Of a DNA stretch of 64,000 nt, positions 9,317 to 18,400 are shown piece by piece (position 1 is the stretch's first letter; each line of letters starts with the position of its first letter). Source of the DNA: a virus. The stretch lies in IMG/VR virus record IMGVR_UViG_3300048855_000163, positions 39 through 64,038 of that record; one strand, written 5' to 3'. The notes below the pieces were generated by a model. That model did not search any database. It was not told the DNA's origin and saw only the letters and a list, made by a program, of their open reading frames with translations. The position numbers and the translations under genes are program-made.

Positions 9317-9624
9317 GGCTGGGCCTCGGCGGGATTGCAGTTCGAGCAGTAATCATCCAGAAAATCGAGAGACCACCAGACATGCCCACAACCGCCACAT
9401 CGAAGCTTCTGGGGCTTTAGCTCCCTCTTCGGGAGAGGAAGTGGTCGCATGCGAAGTTCTTGGTCAACGACCATCCAAGCGGTCGCGCCGCCATCGGCAA
9501 CGATGTCATCCGGATCGATGCCGAGGCGCGCGCATTCCTCGCGCGCTTCAATCTCGCGTTCTTGCTCCGGCGTGATGTCGTAATAGCCGCTGTCGATCAG
9601 GTAGTCGCCGTAGGTAATGCCCAT
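9313..9624 (-). CDS. Hypothetical protein with CxxC pairs
   Basis: CGGCGH...CSNC. Confidence 0.55.
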   Translation of the reverse strand: MGITYGDYLIDSGYYDITPEQEREIEAREECARLGIDPDDIVADGGATAWMVVDQELRMRPLPLPKRELKPQKLRCGGCGHVWWSLDFLDDYCSNCNPAEAQP

Positions 9625-9627
9625 CTC

Positions 9628-9996
9628 TCACCCTCCCTCCGCGACACGAAGAGCGGCATCGGCGCGCACATAACGCACCTCCGGCACAAGCATCATGGGC
9701 ACCGAACAACACTGAACTTCGTATCCAATGCCATCAATCGACGTAGCCGACGTGACATAGATATCTGCCGGTAGGTCTGACCAATCGGACATAATCTTTC
9801 GTTTCGGGTGGCTCTCAGAGGCGCGGCTGTCGGCGACCTTACGGACGGCCACGGCAAGTGCGGCCTCGATCGCTTCCCGAGACCAGTAGTGCCAGGGTTC
9901 GGAAGATTGGTTCCACCGCGCGAGCTTGTATTCAGGCTCCCCGAGTTCATCGAAGATCGCCGCATGCAGCTTTGCCAGAAGCTCGCTCTCACCCAT
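9628..9996 (-). CDS. Hypothetical protein
   Basis: Start revised to MGESELL; ends in the YVRAD motif. Confidence 0.55.
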   Translation of the reverse strand: MGESELLAKLHAAIFDELGEPEYKLARWNQSSEPWHYWSREAIEAALAVAVRKVADSRASESHPKRKIMSDWSDLPADIYVTSATSIDGIGYEVQCCSVPMMLVPEVRYVRADAALRVAEGG

Positions 9997-10234
9997 TGCT
10001 GTTGCCCTCCGCGAGACGAAGGGCGGCGCTGGCGATGGCTTCTGCGTCGTTGTCGACGCGCAAGGCTTGTTCAAGAACTGCATCGCACTGAATGCAGGGG
10101 CCATTCCAAAGCGGCCGCCCTTTAGCAAGTTCCCGCCGAGCCTCTACGATCGCATGGCGCAATCGCTTCGCTTCCGAGGTCTCGGCTCGCGTCGCCTGTC
10201 GAAGAGCCGCGCGCAGTCGCTCAAGCTCGCTCAT
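9989..10234 (-). CDS. Hypothetical protein
   Basis: Operon tiling. Confidence 0.5.
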   Translation of the reverse strand: MSELERLRAALRQATRAETSEAKRLRHAIVEARRELAKGRPLWNGPCIQCDAVLEQALRVDNDAEAIASAALRLAEGNSNG

Positions 10235-10587
10235 GCCGCAGCCCTCCGATCGCATTCCGCATCGCCAGAGATGGCGGCGCGCATGCCTTTGGGGGTGTCG
10301 CCGTTGTAGGGGTCGATATCGCCGTCGTTCCAGGCTCGCTGGATATGGGCGACGATCTGGTCGTATGGATCAGAGCCGGCCGTGATGCGCTCGCGGCGCA
10401 GGTAATCGACAGCATCGTCGATATAGATCATGATGCTCTCGATGATTGGCTTGCCGCCGCTCTCGCGCCATTCGATCTCGGCTTCGCCATAAACCAGGGC
10501 ATAGTTTAGATCGACAGAGATGCCGCCGCTCTTTGCTATCGGCATCTTGAGCGGGAACTCGTCCAGCTTGTAGTTGAATGAGAACAT
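10231..10587 (-). CDS. Hypothetical protein
   Basis: Operon tiling. Confidence 0.6.
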   Translation of the reverse strand: MFSFNYKLDEFPLKMPIAKSGGISVDLNYALVYGEAEIEWRESGGKPIIESIMIYIDDAVDYLRRERITAGSDPYDQIVAHIQRAWNDGDIDPYNGDTPKGMRAAISGDAECDRRAAA

Positions 10588-10594
10588 TGTCGCC

Positions 10595-11011
10595 TCACGC
10601 GGCTATGGGCTCAGGCCCGAGATGGACACCAGCCTTCAGCGCGTTCCTACTGAGGCTCTTCATCGCCATCTCAAGGGGATTGATGAATTCAGCGTCGAAG
10701 CCTTTGTCGCGGCCGAACTCGACAGCCTTGGACATAAGGTTCATGAAGTTTCGCATGTTCTGCTCTTCCACTGTGGGAAGGCTATCGAGCCACGCGTTGG
10801 TCGTTTCGATGCACTCTTCCGCGGTCTCGCCATGCATAATTTTGCATCGACCGGGTTTATAGTTGTCGTCTGCAGGGTCAGACCAACCTACATACACCCA
10901 GAAGCTTTTGTTCGGCTCGACCGTGAACTGAACATTGGGCCTGTGCAGCCCCTTCGCGAGGGCAACCGTCTGTATTTGCACGGTAGCTTCACGGATTTCT
11001 TCGGCGTTCAT
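10595..11011 (-). CDS. Hypothetical protein
   Basis: Protein-like composition; GGAG RBS. Confidence 0.65.
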   Translation of the reverse strand: MNAEEIREATVQIQTVALAKGLHRPNVQFTVEPNKSFWVYVGWSDPADDNYKPGRCKIMHGETAEECIETTNAWLDSLPTVEEQNMRNFMNLMSKAVEFGRDKGFDAEFINPLEMAMKSLSRNALKAGVHLGPEPIAA

Positions 11012-11072
11012 CTGCGGCGCTCCTTAGCTGGCCTCTCCTGCAACGGCGCCAGTGACGCCGCTGGGGGAGGGG

Positions 11073-11369
11073 TCAGGCGAGGGCTTTACCTTGGGCTATC
11101 GCAGCCATCTTCTCGCGCACCCAAGCGTCGAACTGGTGTGCGGCGGCAACCGCGCCAGAGGCGGTTGCGCGAGGGCCCTCCTCCCAATCATTGTAAATTG
11201 GGCACGTGTGGTCCTGCGTAGCCTCATCCCAAGCAAATGAGTGGGGGACACCAGCCGGGCGTCTAAACCACCAGCGTCCAGTATACTGATCCTGGAACAC
11301 GCGATAACCGGGCAGCCCCTTAGGCTCGAACCCTTCTTCGCGTGAGGAGGTGTGCTTTCTCTCGGCCAT
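11073..11369 (-). CDS. Hypothetical protein, first gene of the leftward early operon
   Basis: GGAGAG RBS before MAERK. Confidence 0.55.
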   Translation of the reverse strand: MAERKHTSSREEGFEPKGLPGYRVFQDQYTGRWWFRRPAGVPHSFAWDEATQDHTCPIYNDWEEGPRATASGAVAAAHQFDAWVREKMAAIAQGKALA

Positions 11370-11402
11370 CGGGCTCTCCCATCGGGTGGCTGATGGGAGT
11401 AA

Positions 11403-11497
11403 GTTTGCACAAAGCAAACCGAAGGGCAAGCGAAAAAGACTGCGATATGCAAACTTTCCCTGTGAACGATGGGATGCTGGGTTTGCGCAGCGCAATA
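11403..11497. promoter_or_regulatory. Three 17-bp operator-like sites (OL)
   Basis: GTTTGC-ACAAA-GCAAAC 11403-11419 (perfect arms), GACTGC-GATAT-GCAAAC 11438-11454, GTTTGC-GCAGC-GCAATA 11481-11497. Confidence 0.75.
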
Positions 11498-11565
11498 AAA
11501 AGGCCCCGCAAGTGGGGGCCGATTCGCCATGTTCTATTGAGACAGTAACGACTTACCGCATGCGC

Positions 11566-11934
11566 TCAGAAGACATCAGCCTCGGCGCCAAGGACATCGC
11601 CGGGCATTGTCTGACGGATCCAAACGACACGCTCGGCCCAGAGTAGGGGTGTGTCCACCATCGGCTCCCCCGTCACGGATTCTAGCGTCCACAGGAGCGG
11701 GCGGCTGCCCTTCGCTAAAAACCGGATAAACCGCTGTCCGCTAGGGACGGCGCAGACGCATAGCTGCCCGACAAGCTCCTCGCGCGCAGGTGTTTCGTCG
11801 TGGTTGTAGAAGACGAGCCACCCGTCTCTGAGAGCGCCCATTGTGTACCCGCGGATGACAACTGCTACCCCATTGGGGCCAAGCCCAGGCGGCGCCTGCG
11901 TTGTTCGAAATCCGGGGACCGGCTTGATAGCCAT
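11566..11934 (-). CDS. Stand-alone S24/LexA-like C-terminal domain, catalytic residues apparently degenerate
   Basis: VAVVIRGYTM (usually RGDSM), DG.LVFY, LVGQLCV, RFIRFL (usually LVKRL), WAERV.WI. Confidence 0.7.
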   Translation of the reverse strand: MAIKPVPGFRTTQAPPGLGPNGVAVVIRGYTMGALRDGWLVFYNHDETPAREELVGQLCVCAVPSGQRFIRFLAKGSRPLLWTLESVTGEPMVDTPLLWAERVVWIRQTMPGDVLGAEADVF

Positions 11935-12290
11935 CAGTTCGCCCTCCGGCGGCGCGGAGAGCTGCCGCCATCATTCTCAATGTCCCCTACGAGGGCGCGA
12001 ATGACGCGGAGCGCCTGGTCTCGCACTTCTGGGCTCGCCCGACGCAACAGCTCGTCGGCGCTGGGCTGGGCTGGATCTCGAAAAAGATCCTGAGGTTCGA
12101 TCTCAAGCGCCTCTGCGAGGGCGGCCTGCACATTGAACGTCAGATCGCGGCGGCCGTTCTCCCAATTGCTGATCTGGCCCTTGTGGGTGTCGAGGCGAGC
12201 GGCAAGCTGCTCCTGAGTGAGGCCGCGATGCTCGCGCCATTGCTTCAGGAAGTTCCGCCGGGGCTGCCTGGGGCCGATCTTGGTGACCAT
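11934..12290 (-). CDS. CI-like XRE HTH repressor
   Basis: LKQWREHRGLTQEQLA..L...KGQISNWENG; divergent from cro. Confidence 0.9.
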   Translation of the reverse strand: MVTKIGPRQPRRNFLKQWREHRGLTQEQLAARLDTHKGQISNWENGRRDLTFNVQAALAEALEIEPQDLFRDPAQPSADELLRRASPEVRDQALRVIRALVGDIENDGGSSPRRRRAN

Positions 12291-12298
12291 GCTTCATT

Positions 12299-12386
12299 GT
12301 ATGCCTAGCGCAAACCGCTGTCGTCTCACGGCAAGCAAACCTTATCGAAGATGGTGCTTGACGCATGGTTAGCGACATGCAAACCT
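12299..12386. promoter_or_regulatory. OR operators and rightward promoter
   Basis: GTATGC-N5-GCAAAC 12299-12315, half site ending 12340, GTTAGC-N5-GCAAAC 12368-12384; TTGACG at 12358-12363. Confidence 0.7.
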
Positions 12387-12393
12387 AGGCGGC

Positions 12394-12606
12394 ATGTCGA
12401 AACACCCTCTAGCGACCTATCGGGCATCTGTTGGGCTCTCTCAGATGGCATTGGCCGAGATGGCCGGATGCCGGCGGTGGATGATCAATCGGATTGAGGC
12501 CGGCGAGAGATCCCCCTCGATTCACCTGCTGCGCCGGCTCGTCGAGGTCACCGGCGTCAGTGCCGATGAGATCCTGAAATGGTCCAAGGTGCGCGAGGCG
12601 GCGTAA
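12394..12606 (+). CDS. Cro-like HTH protein
   Basis: YRASVGLSQMALAEMAG...INRIEAGERSPS. Confidence 0.85.
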   Translation: MSKHPLATYRASVGLSQMALAEMAGCRRWMINRIEAGERSPSIHLLRRLVEVTGVSADEILKWSKVREAA

Positions 12607-12613
12607 GGCGATG

Positions 12614-12862
12614 TCAATGCTCCCCCGAATGCAATGCGCGTTGCAGACGCTTCACAAGGTCCCTAGCGAGTTTCGAGGGCATCACGAGCCGCGCGATAAC
12701 CCGTCTCTCCGGCTGGTCGTAGCCCAAGGCTGGCACGTCGACCCAGCCGACAAAGCGAACGACGCCGTAAGACAGGGTTTCGATCTCAAAGCCTGTACAG
12801 AACAGGCAATCTCGGACGACCGGTTCCGTCAACGGCGCGCGTTCCGGCTCTTTCTGGGCCAT
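12614..12862 (-). CDS. Hypothetical protein antisense to the rightward operon
   Basis: GGAG-like RBS; E...GVVR.VGW...ERRVIARLVMP pattern. Confidence 0.6.
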   Translation of the reverse strand: MAQKEPERAPLTEPVVRDCLFCTGFEIETLSYGVVRFVGWVDVPALGYDQPERRVIARLVMPSKLARDLVKRLQRALHSGEH

Positions 12863-13022
12863 GGAGTCTTCAATTCGCCATTCCCGCCCCATGGGGGGCC
12901 CCTTTCTGCCACCGTCTCATTAACGGGTAACACTCTAGGCGGTATTGCGATCCCTGCGCTATATGCGCCGCAACATACAGTATTCAGCAAATCGCGAGCG
13001 CAGTGCGTGCTTGGCGAAAGCG

Positions 13023-13049
13023 GGGGCTCAATCGCTGCGATTGAGCCCC
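13023..13049 (-). terminator. Hairpin downstream of the 30-aa peptide gene
   Basis: GGGGCTCAATCGC-T-GCGATTGAGCCCC inverted repeat. Confidence 0.65.
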
Positions 13050-13056
13050 CGCCCGG

Positions 13057-13149
13057 TCACTTGAAGAAATGCCAGAACGCCAGGAGTGCCCACAGGCAAG
13101 CCGCGACGTCCACCTTCAATGTGACCACGATCCGAAGGAATGACCGCAT
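13057..13149 (-). CDS. 30-aa hydrophobic peptide
   Basis: GGAGGT RBS; MRSFLRIVVTLKVDVAACLWALLAFWHFFK; own terminator. Confidence 0.6.
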   Translation of the reverse strand: MRSFLRIVVTLKVDVAACLWALLAFWHFFK

Positions 13150-13751
13150 GGGGTCTACCTCCGGGTCGCGGCGCGCCGCAGACCCAAGGGGTTGCGGTGT
13201 CGGCCGCCATCGAACGGTTTTGCCGCCGTTCATGGCTGCATCGGCCCACCATTGGCGCTCGCGAACCGCCGCCGATGGCCCCACGTGTCCTCCCCGGCCA
13301 TGGAGCAGCGTGCTCCAGGCTCAACCGGTCGGCAGCGCGCCGGCCGAAGGGCATGGGCTGCGAGTTGTTCCGCCTACCGTCTCCGGAGGACTCCCGGATT
13401 CGATAGACGGCTCGCGGCGCGATGGTGGGCCGATGCTTGGTCTCTGTCTAGTTCGAGGTGATGCCAATTACGGCGCCGTCCCGGTGTCAGAAACGACGGC
13501 GCATCCCTTTCCCTGTGCCCGACAGATGGCGTCCCGTAACCCTCGCCATCTGCACCTTACCGGGAGCTACCTGCGCTCCCGGTCTCTTCTCCGTCCCGTG
13601 CGGTTTGGCCTGAGTGTCCCTCTCAAGCCTTCGCACGATGTCTCCCGTGATGTCGCCAAGGTATGCAAAGGTTCCGGCGTCATCGTCCCCCATTCACCAA
13701 CCCCATGTGCCTGTCGTGACCATCAACAGATGACCACGACGAGGGTTCCAC

Positions 13752-14138
13752 ATGGTGCATCAAGCTTTACGAAAAGCGCACAATTCAATGTCGGCTCATG
13801 AATACGTGGGAGAAGCCGCGTCTTGGGCGCGGTATCTCGTCAACACCGAAACTCGAGGGCATGGGGACAAACCCATGGCCATCCGCCGTGTCGCCCGGCG
13901 TGTCGGCGTAAATGCATCCAAGTTCTACTCGCTTGTACGGCGCCCTCAGACCCTGAAGGCGCTCTGCGTCTCTGTCTACTTCCCGCTGAAACGAGCCTAC
14001 GAGGCGGAAGTCCAGCGACAAATACGGAAGCTCCAGGATGAAATTACGCTCACGGCCGAAATTGCCGGCCCTGATAACCGTGCTGTGCGTTCGGCTTCGG
14101 CTCTGGTCAGCAAGGCGCAAGAGGAGGCGCGGACATGA
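13752..14138 (+). CDS. Putative regulator in the CII-like position
   Basis: A..WAR.LV..E.RG.GD...A.RRVARR.G pattern downstream of cro. Confidence 0.65.
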   Translation: MVHQALRKAHNSMSAHEYVGEAASWARYLVNTETRGHGDKPMAIRRVARRVGVNASKFYSLVRRPQTLKALCVSVYFPLKRAYEAEVQRQIRKLQDEITLTAEIAGPDNRAVRSASALVSKAQEEART

Positions 14139-15163
14139 GCGCACCAGCAATCCCAAGATCAAACGAATGTTATCAGGCCGCCGTGTCCGTGCTGGAGGAG
14201 CATGGAGTCGAGTACACGGTTGAGCATGGCGGAAAGCATCCGGCCCTCATCTTCGAGATCGACGGCCGCAGCTATCGCCATGTCGTTCCGAGTTCGTCGT
14301 CAGACGTTCGGGCGGTTCATAACCAGCGGGCGCAGGTCCGCCGATTGCTTCGTGACGCCTTAAATGAGGAGCCCACCCCGATGACATCATCTGAGATGGT
14401 GGTGGCGGATTGTTCAGTGCCTGTCGTGCAATACCAAGGTCAGCGCGTCGTCACCTTTGGGATGGTGGATCGCGTGCACAAGAGGCCGGACGGAACGGCG
14501 GCGCGCACATTCCGAGAGAACCGCAGGCGTTTCGATACGCCGACGGATTTCGTCGTCGTAAGTCGCGAGGAGGCGAGGGACACATGGCCCGGGCTCATTG
14601 GAGATCGGGGCGGCGGTGATCTGATCATGTTGACCCGACGAGGGTACCTCAAAATCGTCAAGCCCATGAACGATGACGTTTCGTGGCGCGTCCAAGGCGA
14701 GATGGTAGACCGCTATTTCGCTGTCGAGGCTATCGCGGAGGCCGCAAACGTCTCGCCAACGGCTCTGTTGGAAGAACTCGCCGTGCTCCGCCGCGAGGTC
14801 TCTGATGTAAAGGCGGCAACCGAGCTTCTGCTCGAAAGCAAACCCCAGGCCGCTATGCCCATTGCTCTGCACCCGCCGAGCCAAGCGAAGGAGTTCGTCT
14901 TGGCCAGCGAAGTGGTCAGCCGATCTGGCGTGAAGGGCATCCATCGCGTCAGGGGCGCCAGCACTGCAGTGACCCGAGCGTTGATCGAGATCTGTGGTCC
15001 GGGTGACGCATGGAAAGCGCCTGCCGCCATTGACCCCCTGCAGAGATGGCGTTTCGCCTCGGCTGTTGCTGATGAGTGGCTTGAGACCACTGGGCGGAGG
15101 TGCCTTACCGATCTCGTTTGTCGCGACATCTGCCGGCGATCGGTGCTCAGGAGGGCGGCATGA
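14135..15163 (+). CDS. ORF6N-domain antirepressor-like protein with N-terminal HicA-like domain
   Basis: YQGQRVVT..MVD.VH.RP.GTA.R.F..NR..F; LTRRGYLK.VK..NDD..W.VQ..V..YF; N-terminal HGGKHP. Confidence 0.75.
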   Translation: MSAPAIPRSNECYQAAVSVLEEHGVEYTVEHGGKHPALIFEIDGRSYRHVVPSSSSDVRAVHNQRAQVRRLLRDALNEEPTPMTSSEMVVADCSVPVVQYQGQRVVTFGMVDRVHKRPDGTAARTFRENRRRFDTPTDFVVVSREEARDTWPGLIGDRGGGDLIMLTRRGYLKIVKPMNDDVSWRVQGEMVDRYFAVEAIAEAANVSPTALLEELAVLRREVSDVKAATELLLESKPQAAMPIALHPPSQAKEFVLASEVVSRSGVKGIHRVRGASTAVTRALIEICGPGDAWKAPAAIDPLQRWRFASAVADEWLETTGRRCLTDLVCRDICRRSVLRRAA

Positions 15164-15756
15164 CCAGCTTGCCGGATCAACGGGCTCGTGAAGTGGCGGA
15201 CCTCATCGACGAGTACGACCAGCAGATCAAAGATCTTCAGGACGGCAAGCGCGAGACCTTTATCTCGGTGCGTGCGGAGCTTGAGAACATGGGGCTGAGC
15301 CGTCCCAACGTCGCGGCTGAGATTGCGGCGCTGAAGTCGGCGATTGCTGCCCGGCGCAAGCGTCGGGAAGCCACGCCCGAGCAGGAAGAGCGTGAGCATC
15401 TCACCGAGGAATATCTCACGATCATCGAAGCTCGCGCGCCGCGCGCCACGCGCGTAGCAACCAGCGTGCCAGCCCCCGTGAATGCGAGGGCGGAGCGGGC
15501 AAAGGCGCGGTTCAGCGAAAGCATGTCGGATCATGCCGAATTCTCAGCCGAGTTGACGGAGGCTGGTCTGATTTCTCCGGAGGCGCATGCGGAGAACGTC
15601 GCGCTAGCCAAGGGTCTAGCTGAGAAGTTCGGCGCCGGACCGAGTGCAGCCGCTCCGGTTCCGGACGCCCCGAAGCGCGAGGAGATCGACATCACGATCC
15701 CTGCCTTTCTCGACCGCCGGAAACCCAACCCCATCATCGACGAGAGCGTGCCATGA
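15160..15756 (+). CDS. Hypothetical protein, N-terminus weakly GapR/DUF2312-like
   Basis: Helical pattern IDE.DQQIKDL...K..I..R.R......E.E.L...YL. Confidence 0.55.
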   Translation: MTSLPDQRAREVADLIDEYDQQIKDLQDGKRETFISVRAELENMGLSRPNVAAEIAALKSAIAARRKRREATPEQEEREHLTEEYLTIIEARAPRATRVATSVPAPVNARAERAKARFSESMSDHAEFSAELTEAGLISPEAHAENVALAKGLAEKFGAGPSAAAPVPDAPKREEIDITIPAFLDRRKPNPIIDESVP

Positions 15757-16427
15757 ACGCCCATTCCGACATCTCACGCTCAAAGAGATTGGCCTTGCAC
15801 GAGCTGATGATGCCGCTGATGCGGATCGGCATGTCGACGCTCGAGATGGCGGCCGATCTCGGTGTCAGCCATTCCACGATCCGCGAGAACCTGCCGAAGT
15901 GCTACAGGGCCGATCCGACGATCCCGCGATATCGCGGTGGAATTCCGGTCGTCGAGGGCGAGGAAAAGGTCAAGCGCCAGGTCGTCAGCGTTCGCCAGCG
16001 GGCCTGTGAGATCTGGGCTAGCCCGGAACCGACCGGCCCTGAAAAGCCCTTCATGTCCAACCTGGAGGCCATGCAGCGCTACAAGATCGTGCTGCCGGCT
16101 CCGGCCGTCGAAGCCGAGTACTCGATCGACGGGGACGTCGCCCAACGCAGCCGGGAGAAGGTCACCGATCTCGTCGTGATGGATTTTTTCGCGGCTGGCC
16201 ACAAGATCGGCGACGGCGAGCGACCCCCGAAAATGCGGGTGACCATCCCGAAGCGGATTTTCGGAGAGCCCCTGTCGAGCGGCGCCGGCTCGCCCATGGC
16301 GTCCTGCGCAGAGATCGGTGGGACGGCAGTCGGCGGCCGCGGCTGGGCCTTCGGCCCGAAGACGCGGCCTGTCACGCTCCCTTACGTCAGCATCCAACAT
16401 TCCAAGATCGCCGGAGAGCTTGCATGA
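15753..16427 (+). CDS. Hypothetical protein with N-terminal HTH
   Basis: GMSTLEMAADLGVSHSTIR. Confidence 0.6.
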   Translation: MNAHSDISRSKRLALHELMMPLMRIGMSTLEMAADLGVSHSTIRENLPKCYRADPTIPRYRGGIPVVEGEEKVKRQVVSVRQRACEIWASPEPTGPEKPFMSNLEAMQRYKIVLPAPAVEAEYSIDGDVAQRSREKVTDLVVMDFFAAGHKIGDGERPPKMRVTIPKRIFGEPLSSGAGSPMASCAEIGGTAVGGRGWAFGPKTRPVTLPYVSIQHSKIAGELA

Positions 16428-16903
16428 AGCCCGGCGAGATCGAGTGGACCGACGACAAGATCGCCGAGATGGCGCGGCTGTACGCGCTCGGCCTGTCCTT
16501 TGGGTCGATAGCGAGGGAAATGGGCGCGCCGACCCGCAATGCCATCGTCGGCAAGATCAGCCGGCTTCGGCAGAAGGGCTCTGCTCTGTTCCCGCCGCGC
16601 AAGATCGAAGCCGAGCGCGCGCGGGATGAGATTCCGCATGTGGTCACCCCGCCGGTGACGCTGCCGGCGCGACAGGTGACCCCGCAACCCAAGCCGCCGC
16701 TCGTCTGTGAGACCGCGAACAGCGTGTTGTTCATCGAGGCTCAGGCGCGTCACTGCCGCTGGCCCCTGTGGGAGACGCATCGCCGGACGGATGTTTCGCT
16801 CAAGAAGGTCTGCGGCAATCCCGTCATTCCCGGCCGTTCATTCTGTGCCCGGTGTCACGGGCTCGCGTTTTCTATCTCGACCAAGACGAGGGCAGCAGCA
16901 TGA
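16424..16903 (+). CDS. gcrA: GcrA-family cell-cycle regulator homologue
   Basis: WTDD.I...L...G.S...IA..MG..TRNAIVGKISRL; CRWP...CG......FC..CH. Confidence 0.88.
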   Translation: MKPGEIEWTDDKIAEMARLYALGLSFGSIAREMGAPTRNAIVGKISRLRQKGSALFPPRKIEAERARDEIPHVVTPPVTLPARQVTPQPKPPLVCETANSVLFIEAQARHCRWPLWETHRRTDVSLKKVCGNPVIPGRSFCARCHGLAFSISTKTRAAA

Positions 16904-17181
16904 AGCGTGAAACACGCAAGATCATCGAAGAGGTCGCGAAGGATTACGGCATAAAGGTTCACCTGCTGTTTTCCTCGATGCGGTCGCCGAAAATTCTCGC
17001 GCCCAAGTACGACATCATGCGCCGCCTGAGAGGTGAGCGCTATATGTCCTCCACGCAAATCGGCCAGATCTTCAACGTCGATCATACGAGCGTCCTCTAT
17101 GCGCTCGGGCGCACGAAGAACGGCAAGGGATTGCGGCACGGGAAGGTGCCTCCGCCTGATTGCGAGGGGACACCAGCGTGA
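16900..17181 (+). CDS. DnaA C-terminal-like HTH protein
   Basis: IIEEVA..YG...R...I...S..QIG..F..DHTSVLYA. Confidence 0.8.
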   Translation: MKRETRKIIEEVAKDYGIKVHLLFSSMRSPKILAPKYDIMRRLRGERYMSSTQIGQIFNVDHTSVLYALGRTKNGKGLRHGKVPPPDCEGTPA

Positions 17182-17522
17182 GCGATGCGATCTCGATAAC
17201 GCTGCCAAAGCCGCCGTCGGTGAATGAGCTGTTCGCCAACGTGCCGGGTACGGGCCGCGTGAAGACGCAGAAATACCGATCCTGGGAAAGGGATGCGGGC
17301 TGGCTCCTACGCGAGCAGAGACCGGGCCATATCGAGGGGCACTACGAACTGACGATCAGGATGCCGAGAGGCCGCGGCGATCTTGGCAACGCCGAGAAAG
17401 CGACCTCTGACCTTCTCGTGAAGCACGGCGTGATCGACGACGACAAATTCGCGCGCCGCATCGTCCTCGAACGTGACGACGAAGCCAAGGATATGGTCGT
17501 GACCGTGAGGGCGGCGGAATGA
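17178..17522 (+). CDS. rusA: RusA-family Holliday junction resolvase
   Basis: LP.PPSVN...RGDLGN..KA..D.L...VIDDD. Confidence 0.82.
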   Translation: MSDAISITLPKPPSVNELFANVPGTGRVKTQKYRSWERDAGWLLREQRPGHIEGHYELTIRMPRGRGDLGNAEKATSDLLVKHGVIDDDKFARRIVLERDDEAKDMVVTVRAAE

Positions 17523-18400
17523 CCGACTGGTTCCGCTCCTGGCATGGCGCCCCGACAGATCCGAAATGGCTCGGAATCGCCAAGCGAGCTGGCGTAGCTC
17601 CTGGGATAGCGGTGGCGGTCGCGTGGGCTCTCATGGACCGCGCATCGCAAGCCGACGACCGCGGGAGCATAGCCGGATACGACGCCGATGGCCTGGCATG
17701 TTTCTTCGGGTGTGAGGCTGAGCAGGTCGAGGAGATCGTGTCCGCCATGCGCGACAAGGGCATGATCGCTGGCGAGCGGTTCACGAGTTGGGAGAAGCGC
17801 CAACCGAAACGCGAGGATGTCAGTTCGCAACGCGTTCGGGAGCATAGGGAACGCAAGAGCCGGCATGTGGAACGCGATGTAACGCAGTGTAACGCACCAG
17901 AGACAGATACAGATAGAGAGACAGAAGAAGAAAATACCTCACATCCTTCGGATGTTCGGCGCGCGAAGCGGCGCACCCGATTGCCCGAGGACTGGGTTCC
18001 CGATGAGCAAGACCTGGACTACGGCCGCCGCCGTGGGATGACGGACAGCGAGATAGCCGTCGAAAGCCCCCGCTTCAAAAACCACCACATCGGCAAGGGC
18101 AGCGCCATGGCCGACTGGCATGCAGCTTGGCGGACATGGGTGGATTCGCCGATCCGGCAGCAAAATAGATCCCCTCCGTCTCGCCGAGCCTCAGAACCTG
18201 GCTGGACAGAAACCGCTGCACGAATGACTGGGATTCTCCCCCATGACGAATTTGACGATCCGTTCCGAAGCACCCCCCGCGATCACGTCGACGATGGACG
18301 TGTCGATCCGCAAGTTTCTGGGCGCACTGGAGCGCCACGGGGATCCCCGCCATTGCTCGATCTCGTCGCGACTGGCTCCGACCGAAGACGAACGGTCTGA
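17519..18400 (+). CDS. Phage replication initiator
   Basis: N-terminal MTDWFR.WHG..TDPK and C-terminal RLP.DW.P...F.NH...DW.AAWRTW (DnaT-like). Confidence 0.75.
   Translation: MTDWFRSWHGAPTDPKWLGIAKRAGVAPGIAVAVAWALMDRASQADDRGSIAGYDADGLACFFGCEAEQVEEIVSAMRDKGMIAGERFTSWEKRQPKREDVSSQRVREHRERKSRHVERDVTQCNAPETDTDRETEEENTSHPSDVRRAKRRTRLPEDWVPDEQDLDYGRRRGMTDSEIAVESPRFKNHHIGKGSAMADWHAAWRTWVDSPIRQQNRSPPSRRASEPGWTETAARMTGILPHDEFDDPFRSTPRDHVDDGRVDPQVSGRTGAPRGSPPLLDLVATGSDRRRTV

Noticed and set aside
12611-13801. 396-aa plus-strand ORF after cro
   Set aside because: Arg/Pro/Ser-rich with no domain pattern; overlaps better-supported minus-strand genes and hairpins
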